NCBI GenBank assembly: GCA_963695545.1
Contig: OY968796.1
Coordinates: 3,584,001 to 3,648,000, forward strand
Origin: Terriglobia bacterium
GTDB taxonomy: Bacteria > Acidobacteriota > Terriglobia > Acidiferrales > UBA7541
Length of the DNA stretch: 64,000 nt
Direction: 5' to 3'
The position numbers and the translations under genes are program-made. Under the pieces are notes generated by a model that saw only the letters and a program-made list of their open reading frames with translations, was not told the DNA's origin and ran no database searches. Numbering within the stretch: position 1 is the stretch's first letter; every line of letters starts with the position of its first letter. This document shows, piece by piece, positions 20,934 through 29,941 of this stretch.

Positions 20934-21644
20934 ATGGACGCTCGCATGACGCCGACCGAACTCACAGGCGCGCTCGAAGCCATCATCTACGCCGCGGATG
21001 AACCCGTCACGCTCGAGCAATTGGCCGCTGCCGTCGGCGAAGAAAAAACCGGCGTGCGCGGCGCGCTCGATCTGCTCGTTGCCTCTTACGCGGTTGACGA
21101 GCGCGGCGTCGAAATTCGCCGCGTCGCCGGCGGCTACAAGTTTTACACCAAGCCGCAGCATCACGACGCCGTGCGCCGATTCATCAAAGCGCTCCGCCCT
21201 CCTCTGCGTCTCACCATGCCTGCGCTCGAAACACTCGCGGTGATCGCGTACAAGCAGCCCGCCACGCAGCCCGAAGTCCAGGAAATTCGCGGCGTGAATT
21301 GCGCGGGCGTGATCCAAACTCTCCTCGAAAAACGATTGATCACCACCGCCGGCAGAAAACATGTGCTCGGCCGCCCGATTCTTTATCGCACCTCGAAAGA
21401 ATTCATGATGCGCTTCGGCCTTTCCGATCTAGACGAATTGCCGAGCCTCAAGGAATTCGAGCAGCTCGCGCGCGATGCGCTCGGCACCGACGAAGGCTTG
21501 GCTCCCGCTGAATTCGAGCCCGGCGCCGACGCCGCATCCGGCGCCACGGACGCCTCCGCGACGCCGGATGGTTCGACGCGGGAGACGTCCCCGGAGAACT
21601 CCACTTCCGGCGCGGCTCCGACAGTTGCCGACGAAAGAGATTAG
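20934..21644 (+). CDS. scpB: SMC-Scp complex subunit ScpB
   Basis: LEAIIYA, ALETLAVIAYKQP, IRGVN, GRPILYRTSKEF, LDELP. Confidence 0.95.
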   Translation: MDARMTPTELTGALEAIIYAADEPVTLEQLAAAVGEEKTGVRGALDLLVASYAVDERGVEIRRVAGGYKFYTKPQHHDAVRRFIKALRPPLRLTMPALETLAVIAYKQPATQPEVQEIRGVNCAGVIQTLLEKRLITTAGRKHVLGRPILYRTSKEFMMRFGLSDLDELPSLKEFEQLARDALGTDEGLAPAEFEPGADAASGATDASATPDGSTRETSPENSTSGAAPTVADERD

Positions 21645-21662
21645 CTCTCACAGGTCCACACA

Positions 21663-23153
21663 ATGCTTCAGCGTTTGCAGAAGATCATCGCGCAAGCCGG
21701 AATTGCCTCACGCCGCCACGCCGAAGAATTAATTCGCAGCGGCCAGGTTCGCGTGAATGGCGCAATCGTCACCGAGCTCGGCTCGAAAGCTGATCCCGAA
21801 CACGATCGCGTCGAAGTCGCGGGCCGGGTCGCCGAAGTTCCCGAAGAGCGCGTCTACATCCTGCTGAACAAACCATCCGAAGTGGTGTCAACTCTCGCCG
21901 ACCCGGAAGGCCGCAAGACTCTGCGCCATTTTTTGCGCGGCACACCGGAACGCGTTTTCCCCGTTGGCCGCCTCGATTACGCGGCGAGCGGCCTGGTTTT
22001 GCTCACCAGCGATGGCGAACTCGCCGCGCGCGTGCTGCGCGCCGCGGCGCGCTTGCGCCAAATCTATTGGATCAAAGTGAAAGGCCGCATCAGTGAAACA
22101 GAAATGCACGATGTTGGCCGCGCCGCCTCCGCGCATTTCGCTCCGCTCAAAGGACCGTGGGCCAAGCGCTCGGCCGCGAATCCCTGGTACGAAGTCGAGC
22201 TCACCGGTGCCAGCCGCGACGCGCTTGGCCGCTCGCTGAAGCGGCAAGATCATCCCATCGAAAAAATGAAACGCGTGCAACTCGCCACGCTCGAACTGGG
22301 TCTGCTGCCGGAAGGCCATTACCGGCGACTCGAACCAGCCGAAGTCGATAAATTTTCGCGCGCTGTCGATCGCGCTCTCGCAGAGAAAAATGAGCCTGCG
22401 GCCATCGCGCCAACGCAGCATCCGCTTGCGGCGTCGCAGAAACCCGCCACGCAATTCGCCCGTCCCATCGCTGCGGCGGAACGGCCCGTCGCGCCACCGG
22501 CCGCTCGGCCGCCGCTCACGGTGCCAATCAATCGTCCGCAATTCGCGGCACCCGGCAAACCGTGGCGCGGCGCATCCAATCAGCGCCCGCCGACACGGCC
22601 ACGCGAGCCGTGGCGTGCGCGCAGCGGGAATCCGCCGCCGCGAAACAAACCTGGAAATGCGCCTCACTCGCCACAACACCCGCGACCGGGAGCGCCACAT
22701 CACCGGCCAGGCGCGCCCCCGAAACAAGATTGGCGGGGACAAAAATCAGGCCCTTGGCGCGGAAACAAAACGAGCGACGCGCCGCGATCGCAAAATCATC
22801 CGCGGCCGGGAGCTCCAAAACACCGGCCGGGCGCGCCGGCAAAGAACGATTGGCGCGCCGAGAAATCTGCTCCGTGGCGCGGAAACAAAACTGGCAGCGC
22901 GCCCGCACCGCCGAAAAAACCGTGGCCGGGTGCGCCGCATCATCGCCCGGGCGCGCCGGCGAAGAACGATTGGCGCGCGCGGAAATCTGGTCCGTGGCGC
23001 GGAAACAAAACCGGCGGCGCGCCTCACTCACCGGCGAACGCTCGGCGGCCGCGGCGACCGCAAAATCAAGGTTCGGCGAGACCAGCGCATCGCTCAAATC
23101 GCCCGAATCGCCCGGATCGCGATCCGCGACACACACCGCGACACTCGCGGTGA
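21663..23153 (+). CDS. rRNA pseudouridine synthase (RluB/RsuA family) with long basic repeat tail
   Basis: S4 domain RLQKIIAQAGIASRR, LNKP, PVGRLD; follows scpAB as rluB typically does. Confidence 0.9.
   Translation: MLQRLQKIIAQAGIASRRHAEELIRSGQVRVNGAIVTELGSKADPEHDRVEVAGRVAEVPEERVYILLNKPSEVVSTLADPEGRKTLRHFLRGTPERVFPVGRLDYAASGLVLLTSDGELAARVLRAAARLRQIYWIKVKGRISETEMHDVGRAASAHFAPLKGPWAKRSAANPWYEVELTGASRDALGRSLKRQDHPIEKMKRVQLATLELGLLPEGHYRRLEPAEVDKFSRAVDRALAEKNEPAAIAPTQHPLAASQKPATQFARPIAAAERPVAPPAARPPLTVPINRPQFAAPGKPWRGASNQRPPTRPREPWRARSGNPPPRNKPGNAPHSPQHPRPGAPHHRPGAPPKQDWRGQKSGPWRGNKTSDAPRSQNHPRPGAPKHRPGAPAKNDWRAEKSAPWRGNKTGSAPAPPKKPWPGAPHHRPGAPAKNDWRARKSGPWRGNKTGGAPHSPANARRPRRPQNQGSARPAHRSNRPNRPDRDPRHTPRHSR
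22660..23035 (+). repeat. three tandem 120-bp (40-aa) coding repeats
   Basis: TGGCGCGGAAACAAAAC recurs at a 120-nt period (GGAAACAAAA at 22761, 22881, 23001); peptide PGAP.HRPGAP.K.DWR..KS.PWRGNKT. Confidence 0.92.
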
Positions 23154-23554
23154 GCGCGGATCTAATTCGCGAGTTGCTCGAACCGGCCAAGATCATCGCG
23201 GTGGTCGGACTTTCTTCGAGCCGATCGCGGCCGAGCAATGGCGTCGCGCGCTATCTTCAATCGGCCGGGTATCGCATCATCCCAGTGAATCCGAACGAGA
23301 GCGAAGTGCTTGGTGAGCGAGCTTACGCGCGCCTGGAAGACGTCCCGGAAAAAATCGACATCGTGGATATTTTTCGGCGCTCGAAATACGTGCCGGAAAT
23401 CGTGGAGAGCGCGATTCGCATCGGAGCGCGCGCGGTGTGGATGCAGGAAGGCGTGATTCACGAAGAAGCCGCGGAGCGCGCGCGGCAAGCCGGCCTGATG
23501 GTCGTGATGGACCGCTGCATCATGAAAAATCATCACGCACGCTTTGTAGCCTAA
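23150..23554 (+). CDS. CoA-binding protein (YccU-like)
   Basis: IAVVGLS, YRIIPVNP, DIVDIFR, VWMQEG, VMDRC; GTG start overlapping the upstream stop. Confidence 0.9.
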   Translation: MSADLIRELLEPAKIIAVVGLSSSRSRPSNGVARYLQSAGYRIIPVNPNESEVLGERAYARLEDVPEKIDIVDIFRRSKYVPEIVESAIRIGARAVWMQEGVIHEEAAERARQAGLMVVMDRCIMKNHHARFVA

Positions 23555-23590
23555 CCGCCGCGCAATCTGCCGGCGGCAAAAAACTTCCGC

Positions 23591-24532
23591 TCATTCTTGA
23601 CCGGATGGCTCAGCGTCGAGATCGATCGTGCCGACGCCGCCTTCGACCGTCAGCCGAATGGTGGCGGGCGATTTTCCGAGCGCATCGTTGACGTAGTCGT
23701 CGCCATCGCGCGTTAGTCCGTGCACGCTAATGGTGCCGAGGCCGCCTTCGGCGTGCACGCGCACGCCGACGTCTTGCGGAAGCTTGATGGTCGCCTGGCC
23801 GACTCCGCCTTCGACATCGGCGTCGAGATCGTTCTTGCGCGCGCCGCGCAAATCCAACTGCAACTGTCCCGCGCCGAGGTTAATTTTCAAATTCGTGAGG
23901 TCCAGGCCCCGAAGATCGAGTTCGCCCTGCCCCGCGCCCATGTCGAGCGAAAGATCGAGAGGGACGTCGTTGGCAAAGCGCAATTGCCAGGAATCGTCTG
24001 ACGTGCCCATGTGGATCGCGGGCTGTGTCTGCGAGATCTCGAGCTGTCCAATCCCTCCGGTAGCGGTGTAATTCACCTGCGGATCGCCATCAGATTCGAT
24101 GTAATCGAAGTGCGCATCAAGCAGCGACGATCCACCCGGTGAAATCGCGAGGCTGCCGGCGGGCATGGTGATGTGCGCGTCCACGGAGGTCGCGCCGCCG
24201 AGGTCCACGGCGCGGTCCTCGTGCATATGCTTTCCGTTCCAACGCTGGCGATGATGCTCAAACGCGAGAGCGAACAGGATCACGACGAACACCAGCCCGA
24301 TAATCGCGACGGAATTTCTCGCGTGCGGCGCGGTGGGATCGGAGCGCACACGGAAATAATCGATCAGCCCGCCGATGCCGAGAAAAATCAGGATCAGCGG
24401 CCAAAAGCGGGCCAGCAGCGCCCACGGGTTGAATCCCAGCCCCAAATTCGCGAGCAGGAGCAGCACGCCCAGCGCGATCAAAACTACGGCGCCCCAGATC
24501 GAACGGCTCGGGCGATGCTCTGTCTCGGTCAT
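23591..24532 (-). CDS. membrane protein, LiaF/LiaI-like N-terminal TMs plus DUF2154-like beta-repeat domain
   Basis: GAVVLIALGVLLLL, FWPLILI; repeated GAGQ/GVGQ/GLGT beta motifs. Confidence 0.7.
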   Translation of the reverse strand: MTETEHRPSRSIWGAVVLIALGVLLLLANLGLGFNPWALLARFWPLILIFLGIGGLIDYFRVRSDPTAPHARNSVAIIGLVFVVILFALAFEHHRQRWNGKHMHEDRAVDLGGATSVDAHITMPAGSLAISPGGSSLLDAHFDYIESDGDPQVNYTATGGIGQLEISQTQPAIHMGTSDDSWQLRFANDVPLDLSLDMGAGQGELDLRGLDLTNLKINLGAGQLQLDLRGARKNDLDADVEGGVGQATIKLPQDVGVRVHAEGGLGTISVHGLTRDGDDYVNDALGKSPATIRLTVEGGVGTIDLDAEPSGQE

Positions 24533-24591
24533 GATTTAGCCTCCTCTCTAAAGTACGAGAGTCGGGGTAAGAATGTTCCAATCGGGCGACG

Positions 24592-24840
24592 CTAATCCCG
24601 GGGCTTCAGTTTCAGGCGGCTCTTGTTTTCTTCGAGGAACGTCTTGAGATCGGGCACGGCATCGAGCAGTCGAATCCACTGCTCGTAATAGAGCGTCACC
24701 GGAAAACGGCCCAGGCCGTAGACGCTGACGCCGCCTTTTTCGCCAACGCGGAACTCGATGCTGCCCTTCGCGCGCGGCGCGGCTCTTTTTTCAAGTTCGG
24801 CGATGCGAGCCAGGAGTTCTTCTTTGGTGGGTTCGGGCAT
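24592..24840 (-). CDS. small hypothetical protein (82 aa)
   Basis: GGAG RBS; KGGVSVYGLGRFPVTLYYEQW; co-oriented downstream of typA. Confidence 0.8.
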   Translation of the reverse strand: MPEPTKEELLARIAELEKRAAPRAKGSIEFRVGEKGGVSVYGLGRFPVTLYYEQWIRLLDAVPDLKTFLEENKSRLKLKPRD

Positions 24841-24911
24841 CTTGCGGCTCCTTCCAGTTCGTGAAATCGTTCGAGGCGCGAGGAATCATATCACCGCAAT
24901 CGATTCGGGAT

Positions 24912-26750
24912 TCAGGCCGACGGAGATTTCACACTGGCGCGGATTTCCTGCCAGCGCTTGGGGCGCTTTTTGGCGTCGAGAACTTTCTTGCGCAGGCGAA
25001 TGGATTTCGGCGTGACCTCGACGTATTCATCGTCGGCGATGAATTCGATGGCTTTTTCAAGGGTCATCTCGCGCGGCGGAATCAAGCGAATGGCTTCATC
25101 GGCGGAAGACGAGCGCATGTTGGTCTGCTTTTTTTCTTTGGTGATGTTCACGTTCATATCGTCTTCGCGGGAATTTTCGCCCACGATCATGCCCTCGTAG
25201 ACTTCTTCGGTGGGCTTGATGAACATTTCGCCGCGTTCCTGAATGCCCCAAATCGCGAAGGCGGTGGAAACGCCGGCGCGATCGCACACGAGCGCGCCGG
25301 TGAGGCGCGAGGGCATATCGCCAGCGTAGTCGGTCCAGCCTTCGAGCACGGAGTGAATCAGCGCGGTGCCGCGCGTGTCCGTGAGCAATTGCCCGCGCAA
25401 ACCGATCAGGCCGCGCGAAGGAATATGGAAATCCATGCGCACGCGGCCGGAATGATGATTCACCATCTTGGCGAGTTCTCCGCGGCGGCTGCCGAGACTT
25501 TCCATGACGATGCCGATGAATGCTTCCGGGCAGTCGATCACCAGGCGTTCGAGCGGCTCGACGCGGCGGCCTTTTTCTTCGCGCACCACGATCTCGGGTT
25601 TCGCGACCATCAGCTCGTAGCCTTCGCGGCGCATGGTCTCGATCAGGATCGCGAGTTGCAATTCGCCGCGGGCCAGGACGCGGAAGGAATCGGTGGCGGT
25701 GGTTTCTTCGATGCGCAGAGAAACGTTGGTGAGAAGTTCGCGGTCGAGACGCGCGCGGAGATCGCGCGAGGTGACGTATTGACCTTCACGCCCGGCGAAG
25801 GGCGAAGTGTTCACGGTGAAGATCATGGTCAGCGTGGGCTCGTCGATCGTGAGCGGCTCAAGCGGCGCGGGATGTTCGAGATCGGTGATGCTCTCGCCGA
25901 TCTGAATGCCTTCGACTCCGGCGATGGCCACGATGTCGCCCGCGGCAACCTCGTCGGCTTCATCGCGATCGAGTCCGCGGAACGTGTAAAGCTTGGTGAT
26001 CTTGGTGGGCACAAGCGCGCCGGAAAGCTTGGCGATGCCGACGTCGGCGCCGCGCTTGAGCGTGCCTTCAAAAACGCGCGCGATGGCCAGGCGACCGAGA
26101 TATTCGCTGTAATCGAGATTGGTGACTTGAATTTGCAGCGTGGCTGCGGGATCGCCGGAAGGCGGCGGAATTTTTGCGAGGATAGTCTCAAACAGCGGAA
26201 CGAGATTCGTTGAGTCGTCACCGAGTTTGTAGTGCGCGACGCCGGCGCGCGCGTTGGTGTAAAGCACGGGGAAATCGAGCTGATCTTCGGTGGCGTCAAG
26301 ATCGATGAACAGATCGTAGATTTCATCCAGCACTTCGGCGCAGCGCGCATCGGAACGATCTATTTTGTTGAGGACGATGACCGGAGGGAGTTTCGCGGCG
26401 AGGGCTTTTTGCAAAACGTAACGCGTTTGCGGCAGCGGGCCTTCGCTCGCGTCCACGAGAAGGAGCACGCCATCGACCATGCGCAGCGCGCGCTCGACTT
26501 CGCCGCCGAAATCGCTGTGACCGGGCGTATCGACGATATTGATTTTCGTGCCGCGATAGGTGAGCGCGGTATTTTTCGCGAGGATGGTGATGCCGCGCTC
26601 GCGTTCGAGCTCGTTTGAATCCATCACGCGGTCAGTCAATTCCTCGTTTTCGCGGAATATGCCGCTCTGGCGCAGCATGAAATCGACCAGGGTGGTCTTG
26701 CCGTGGTCGACGTGCGCGATGATCGCGATGTTGCGTAGCTGCGTATTCAT
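24912..26750 (-). CDS. typA: translational GTPase TypA/BipA
   Basis: [63 protein letters not shown]. Confidence 0.97.
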   Translation of the reverse strand: MNTQLRNIAIIAHVDHGKTTLVDFMLRQSGIFRENEELTDRVMDSNELERERGITILAKNTALTYRGTKINIVDTPGHSDFGGEVERALRMVDGVLLLVDASEGPLPQTRYVLQKALAAKLPPVIVLNKIDRSDARCAEVLDEIYDLFIDLDATEDQLDFPVLYTNARAGVAHYKLGDDSTNLVPLFETILAKIPPPSGDPAATLQIQVTNLDYSEYLGRLAIARVFEGTLKRGADVGIAKLSGALVPTKITKLYTFRGLDRDEADEVAAGDIVAIAGVEGIQIGESITDLEHPAPLEPLTIDEPTLTMIFTVNTSPFAGREGQYVTSRDLRARLDRELLTNVSLRIEETTATDSFRVLARGELQLAILIETMRREGYELMVAKPEIVVREEKGRRVEPLERLVIDCPEAFIGIVMESLGSRRGELAKMVNHHSGRVRMDFHIPSRGLIGLRGQLLTDTRGTALIHSVLEGWTDYAGDMPSRLTGALVCDRAGVSTAFAIWGIQERGEMFIKPTEEVYEGMIVGENSREDDMNVNITKEKKQTNMRSSSADEAIRLIPPREMTLEKAIEFIADDEYVEVTPKSIRLRKKVLDAKKRPKRWQEIRASVKSPSA

Positions 26751-27012
26751 ATCGTTCGAGGGCGCTGCGGCCAAATGAATAGGGATGTACCCACGGACTC
26801 GGTCAACCCTGATCCTTACCCAAGGGTTCTGGAGCGGCAAACGCAGTGTTTATTTTAGCACGGGAAACGCGATTGCGCCGCCGCCGAGACAGGCAGTTCC
26901 CCGGATGCGGCGTCGGCGAAGAGTGCGAACGGTAAAGGGTTGACGGCATGAGCTTTGTGGCGGCGGGCGGGCGAATCTCAGGTGACACTTTAGGAGTGCG
27001 GCGCGGGCGCCT

Positions 27013-27364
27013 ATATATACCCCCGGTACCAAATGCATAAAATACTGAAAAAACAGGGCTTCCAGGAAAAGAGTGCGGATGAGTGTGAAAATGCGAGGAC
27101 TTAAAAATCAATTGATTCAGCGGGTTGCGCACTCTTTTGTATGAGTGTGAAAATACGAGGTTTGCAGGCGCACTACGTGCGAAAAGAGTGAGGAGTGCGG
27201 TTGAGGAGAAATCCGATGCGAAGGACGCGCTGTTTTCGCGCGAGGCGAGGAGGTGCGAAGGCATTCCGTGCCGGACGCGGGATTCGATGGTCGATAGCGA
27301 AGTCATACCATCTTATAGCACGTAATTACCTGCGCGTCAAGTATACTATTCGAGTATTCGAATA
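27013..27364 (-). repeat. dispersed promoter-bearing repeat element, copy 1
   Basis: TATTCGAATA 27355-27364; TTGACG-17-TATAAG 27340-27312; ATG 27306; CACTCTTTTCCTGGAAGCCCT block; end CCGGGGGTATATAT. Confidence 0.85.
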
Positions 27365-27539
27365 GATTTCCACAGTTCGAAAGCGAGCCTTGGCGGGCGC
27401 CAGCCGGCACGGTAGCGAACGGATTACGGCAGACGTGACCAGTTAGGGATACCTGTCAGGCAATTCGAATTACGAGGCACAGCTCGGAGGAAAGAAGACT
27501 TGTTGAATTTCTGCCGCTGGTTTGAGAGAAAGTAGAAAA

Positions 27540-28076
27540 ATGACTGGGTTCTTCGACGGACCTAAGGTTGGCGTGGTGGCAAGTTCGGGAATGGTTAGGG
27601 TGACGGTTCATCCGAGGCCCAACTGGCAGGCTGGACTTGTGATTTTGGCTGGCGGCATCCTTGAGGCGTCGGTCCTTTTTCACTTTTGGTCGCTCACATC
27701 TCGTTCTTTTCACTTCATCTTGATAGCAATTTTCGTTTCCACTCTCGGAAGTTCGCTCTACCAGTTTTCTGGCGAAGAAATCATTGAAATTGATTCCCAA
27801 AAGCTGACGATTCGTAAGGGAATCCATGGGTGGGAGCGAAAGCGCGAATACCGAATTGACGAATGTCGAGACCTTGAATGGGACTCGGGCCCGAAAGGTG
27901 GTTCTTATCTGACGTGCAAAGTGGGTCGGTGGCCCATAAAATTCGCAAACAGGCTCTCCGAGAATGACGCGATCGAGATACTGTCTGCTCTTCAACGAAC
28001 CCTGCCTGACGTGGCGGAGAAGATTTGCACTTACCCCGGCGGCAAAGATCATTTCATAACTTTGGGGCTCAACTAG
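27540..28076 (+). CDS. hypothetical membrane protein, lower GC
   Basis: 178-aa ORF with two hydrophobic segments then a soluble domain (GEEIIEID..LTIRK); AT-richer codons than neighbours. Confidence 0.7.
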   Translation: MTGFFDGPKVGVVASSGMVRVTVHPRPNWQAGLVILAGGILEASVLFHFWSLTSRSFHFILIAIFVSTLGSSLYQFSGEEIIEIDSQKLTIRKGIHGWERKREYRIDECRDLEWDSGPKGGSYLTCKVGRWPIKFANRLSENDAIEILSALQRTLPDVAEKICTYPGGKDHFITLGLN

Positions 28077-28150
28077 CACTGAAGGCTGGCCGTTCCGGCA
28101 GCGGCCGGATTACCGCAGTTGCGGCTGGCGACGGGCGCCGTCCGGGAGCT

Positions 28151-28258
28151 TTAGAGCAGCCGCAGGAATTCTTCCAACGTGACGCCGAGTTGCCTCGTCT
28201 TTGAAAAACCTAAACGCCGCGCGGCGCTTTGAAATTGGCGGGCGGTGGCGCTAGGCAT
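28151..28258 (-). pseudogene. hicA: HicA-family toxin remnant with in-frame internal deletion
   Basis: MPSATARQFQSAARRLGFSKTRQ|LGVTLEEFLRLL*; HicA-like N- and C-terminal helices without the central GSH region; start overlaps the hicB end. Confidence 0.75.
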
Positions 28259-28463
28259 GAAGGATTTCAGTGGTGTCCGCGGGCAACGGGGTTCGTTTTT
28301 CCGCGTACTCTTTGGCAATCATGCCAAAGACCTCGGAGAGCTCGGCAAGCGCCTGTTCGCGCGTGGGCATTAGCGCGTAGCAGCCTGGAATAGCGGGGAT
28401 ATCGGCAACCCAGGAGCCATCTTCCTGGCGGTAGAGAATGATTTTGTAATCTTCGAGGAGCAT
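28251..28463 (-). CDS. hicB: HicB-family antitoxin (short form, no DNA-binding domain)
   Basis: YKIILYRQEDGSWVADIPAIPGC...TREQALAEL...PLP pattern. Confidence 0.85.
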   Translation of the reverse strand: MLLEDYKIILYRQEDGSWVADIPAIPGCYALMPTREQALAELSEVFGMIAKEYAEKRTPLPADTTEILHA

Positions 28464-28678
28464 TAACGCCTCTGACTAGCTCGGGAAACAGTAACACAGG
28501 CGCATTCGTTGTGGCGTAAGCTTGCGCGCGGATTGCGAATCCGCCCGCGCCCTCGATCCGAAAAAGCATATTCCGCACGGCTATGCCGCGTTGAGATCGC
28601 CGAATTGCGGCGTGAGAGACCTGATTCGCGCGCGAACCGGACATACGACTTCGTGGGTCAATAGCAAGCGTTATCGGA

Positions 28679-29455
28679 TCAGCCGGCCGGCAGGCTGGCG
28701 GGTTGCTGGCGATCCTTTTTGTGGAAGATGTTGGGCCAGAACTCTTGCAGAACGTTGAACGGCACGCTGAGCCCAAGCTGCTCGCTGCCGTTGGCGAACG
28801 TGTATTCCACTCCGGAATGATGGCCGGGATGCCACGTAGTTGAGATCGCGGTCGAAGCGTAGTAACTCACGAGCTTGGCGATGTTCAAAGTCGGATGGCC
28901 CTGATTCGTGTAAGTGAGAAAACTGTATTCGACAGAGTGCAAGAAGCGCCGCTTCCCTCCGTGCTCATAGGAAATATAGCGAACGTCTTCATGCAGCGCG
29001 GCCGCAAGCGGCGCGCGAATGGTCCCGGAGACAATGTTGCCTCCAATGCGCGAGGCCTCGCGGAGTCCGAAACCGCGAAACCCGCCGCCCCACTCCGAAG
29101 GCGAATCAGTGGCTTGATCGAGAACAAGAGCGAAGAGGGTCGGCTTGAAGAAGGCGCCGAAGGAAAAGAAATCTTGAGTCCAATAAAGTTTCAGGCGCTG
29201 TCTGCCGGTTAGCGGAGTGAAGTTGAAAGCTGCCACCGTGGTCATGCCGGTGACGGGATTCACGGCCAACTGCGCCTTCGGATTTTCCGTGGTGGAGGGC
29301 GCCGGAGCGGCCGATTGCTGCGATTCAGCCGCCGGCGAGCCAGTGTCGGATGCGGCCTGCTGAGATCGCGCCGCGGGAGGGATCGCAAGCAGCGCGATCG
29401 CGGCGAGAACCGCTCGGAGGAGAGTGCCGCCCTTTTTTTTGCGCGATCTCTGCAT
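28679..29455 (-). CDS. exported hypothetical protein
   Basis: Signal peptide ending ARS-Q; low-complexity linker; PSEWGGG, ALHEDVRY, NVLQEFWP. Confidence 0.75.
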   Translation of the reverse strand: MQRSRKKKGGTLLRAVLAAIALLAIPPAARSQQAASDTGSPAAESQQSAAPAPSTTENPKAQLAVNPVTGMTTVAAFNFTPLTGRQRLKLYWTQDFFSFGAFFKPTLFALVLDQATDSPSEWGGGFRGFGLREASRIGGNIVSGTIRAPLAAALHEDVRYISYEHGGKRRFLHSVEYSFLTYTNQGHPTLNIAKLVSYYASTAISTTWHPGHHSGVEYTFANGSEQLGLSVPFNVLQEFWPNIFHKKDRQQPASLPAG

Positions 29456-29941
29456 GATGTTGAGAGCTTTCCTGGTGCGCCTAAGTCAGCTGAATCGCTG
29501 AGTCGTCAATCTTGGTTCAGACGTTGCTTTCGTCGACGATTGGAGGCGATCAGCGCCGATGCAGTTGCATCCGCGTTGTGTTCCTGGCGCGGCTCCCCAC
29601 AAATGATGGAGAGAGCCGAATCGTTTGCGTGTCTGGCGCCAGCCTCCACAAATTCAAGACAATCAGGACGCCGCAATCGTAGCACGGCTCGCCGAGCAAT
29701 CCTGGAAAAGCGTCGATGGGCGCGTATCGGATGAGTGACATCGTGGTTTGAAGCCGAATCTTTTCGGCGCGCGCAGTCGGCGAACCGGCGCACGACGGCG
29801 GTGCGTTGCACGTTGCAAAGCGCGGCGCGTTCACGCATGATACTGCCTTTGGTTTTGGCGCCACGTCGCGCGTGTGATGGATCAGCCGCGTTCCGCGCGC
29901 CACATTGCTCCACACTTCAGGATTTCAGGGGAGGAACCTGC

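Noticed and set aside
27013..27364. CRISPR array interpretation of the reiterated modules (also the 120-bp repeats at 22660-23035)
   Set aside because: Modules are degenerate, irregularly spaced and partly inverted; the 120-bp repeats are in-frame coding; no cas genes in the window.
29460..29940. ORFs or structured RNA in the long divergent intergenic region before ino1
   Set aside because: Overlapping ORFs lack RBS and motifs; no convincing structure or repeat found.
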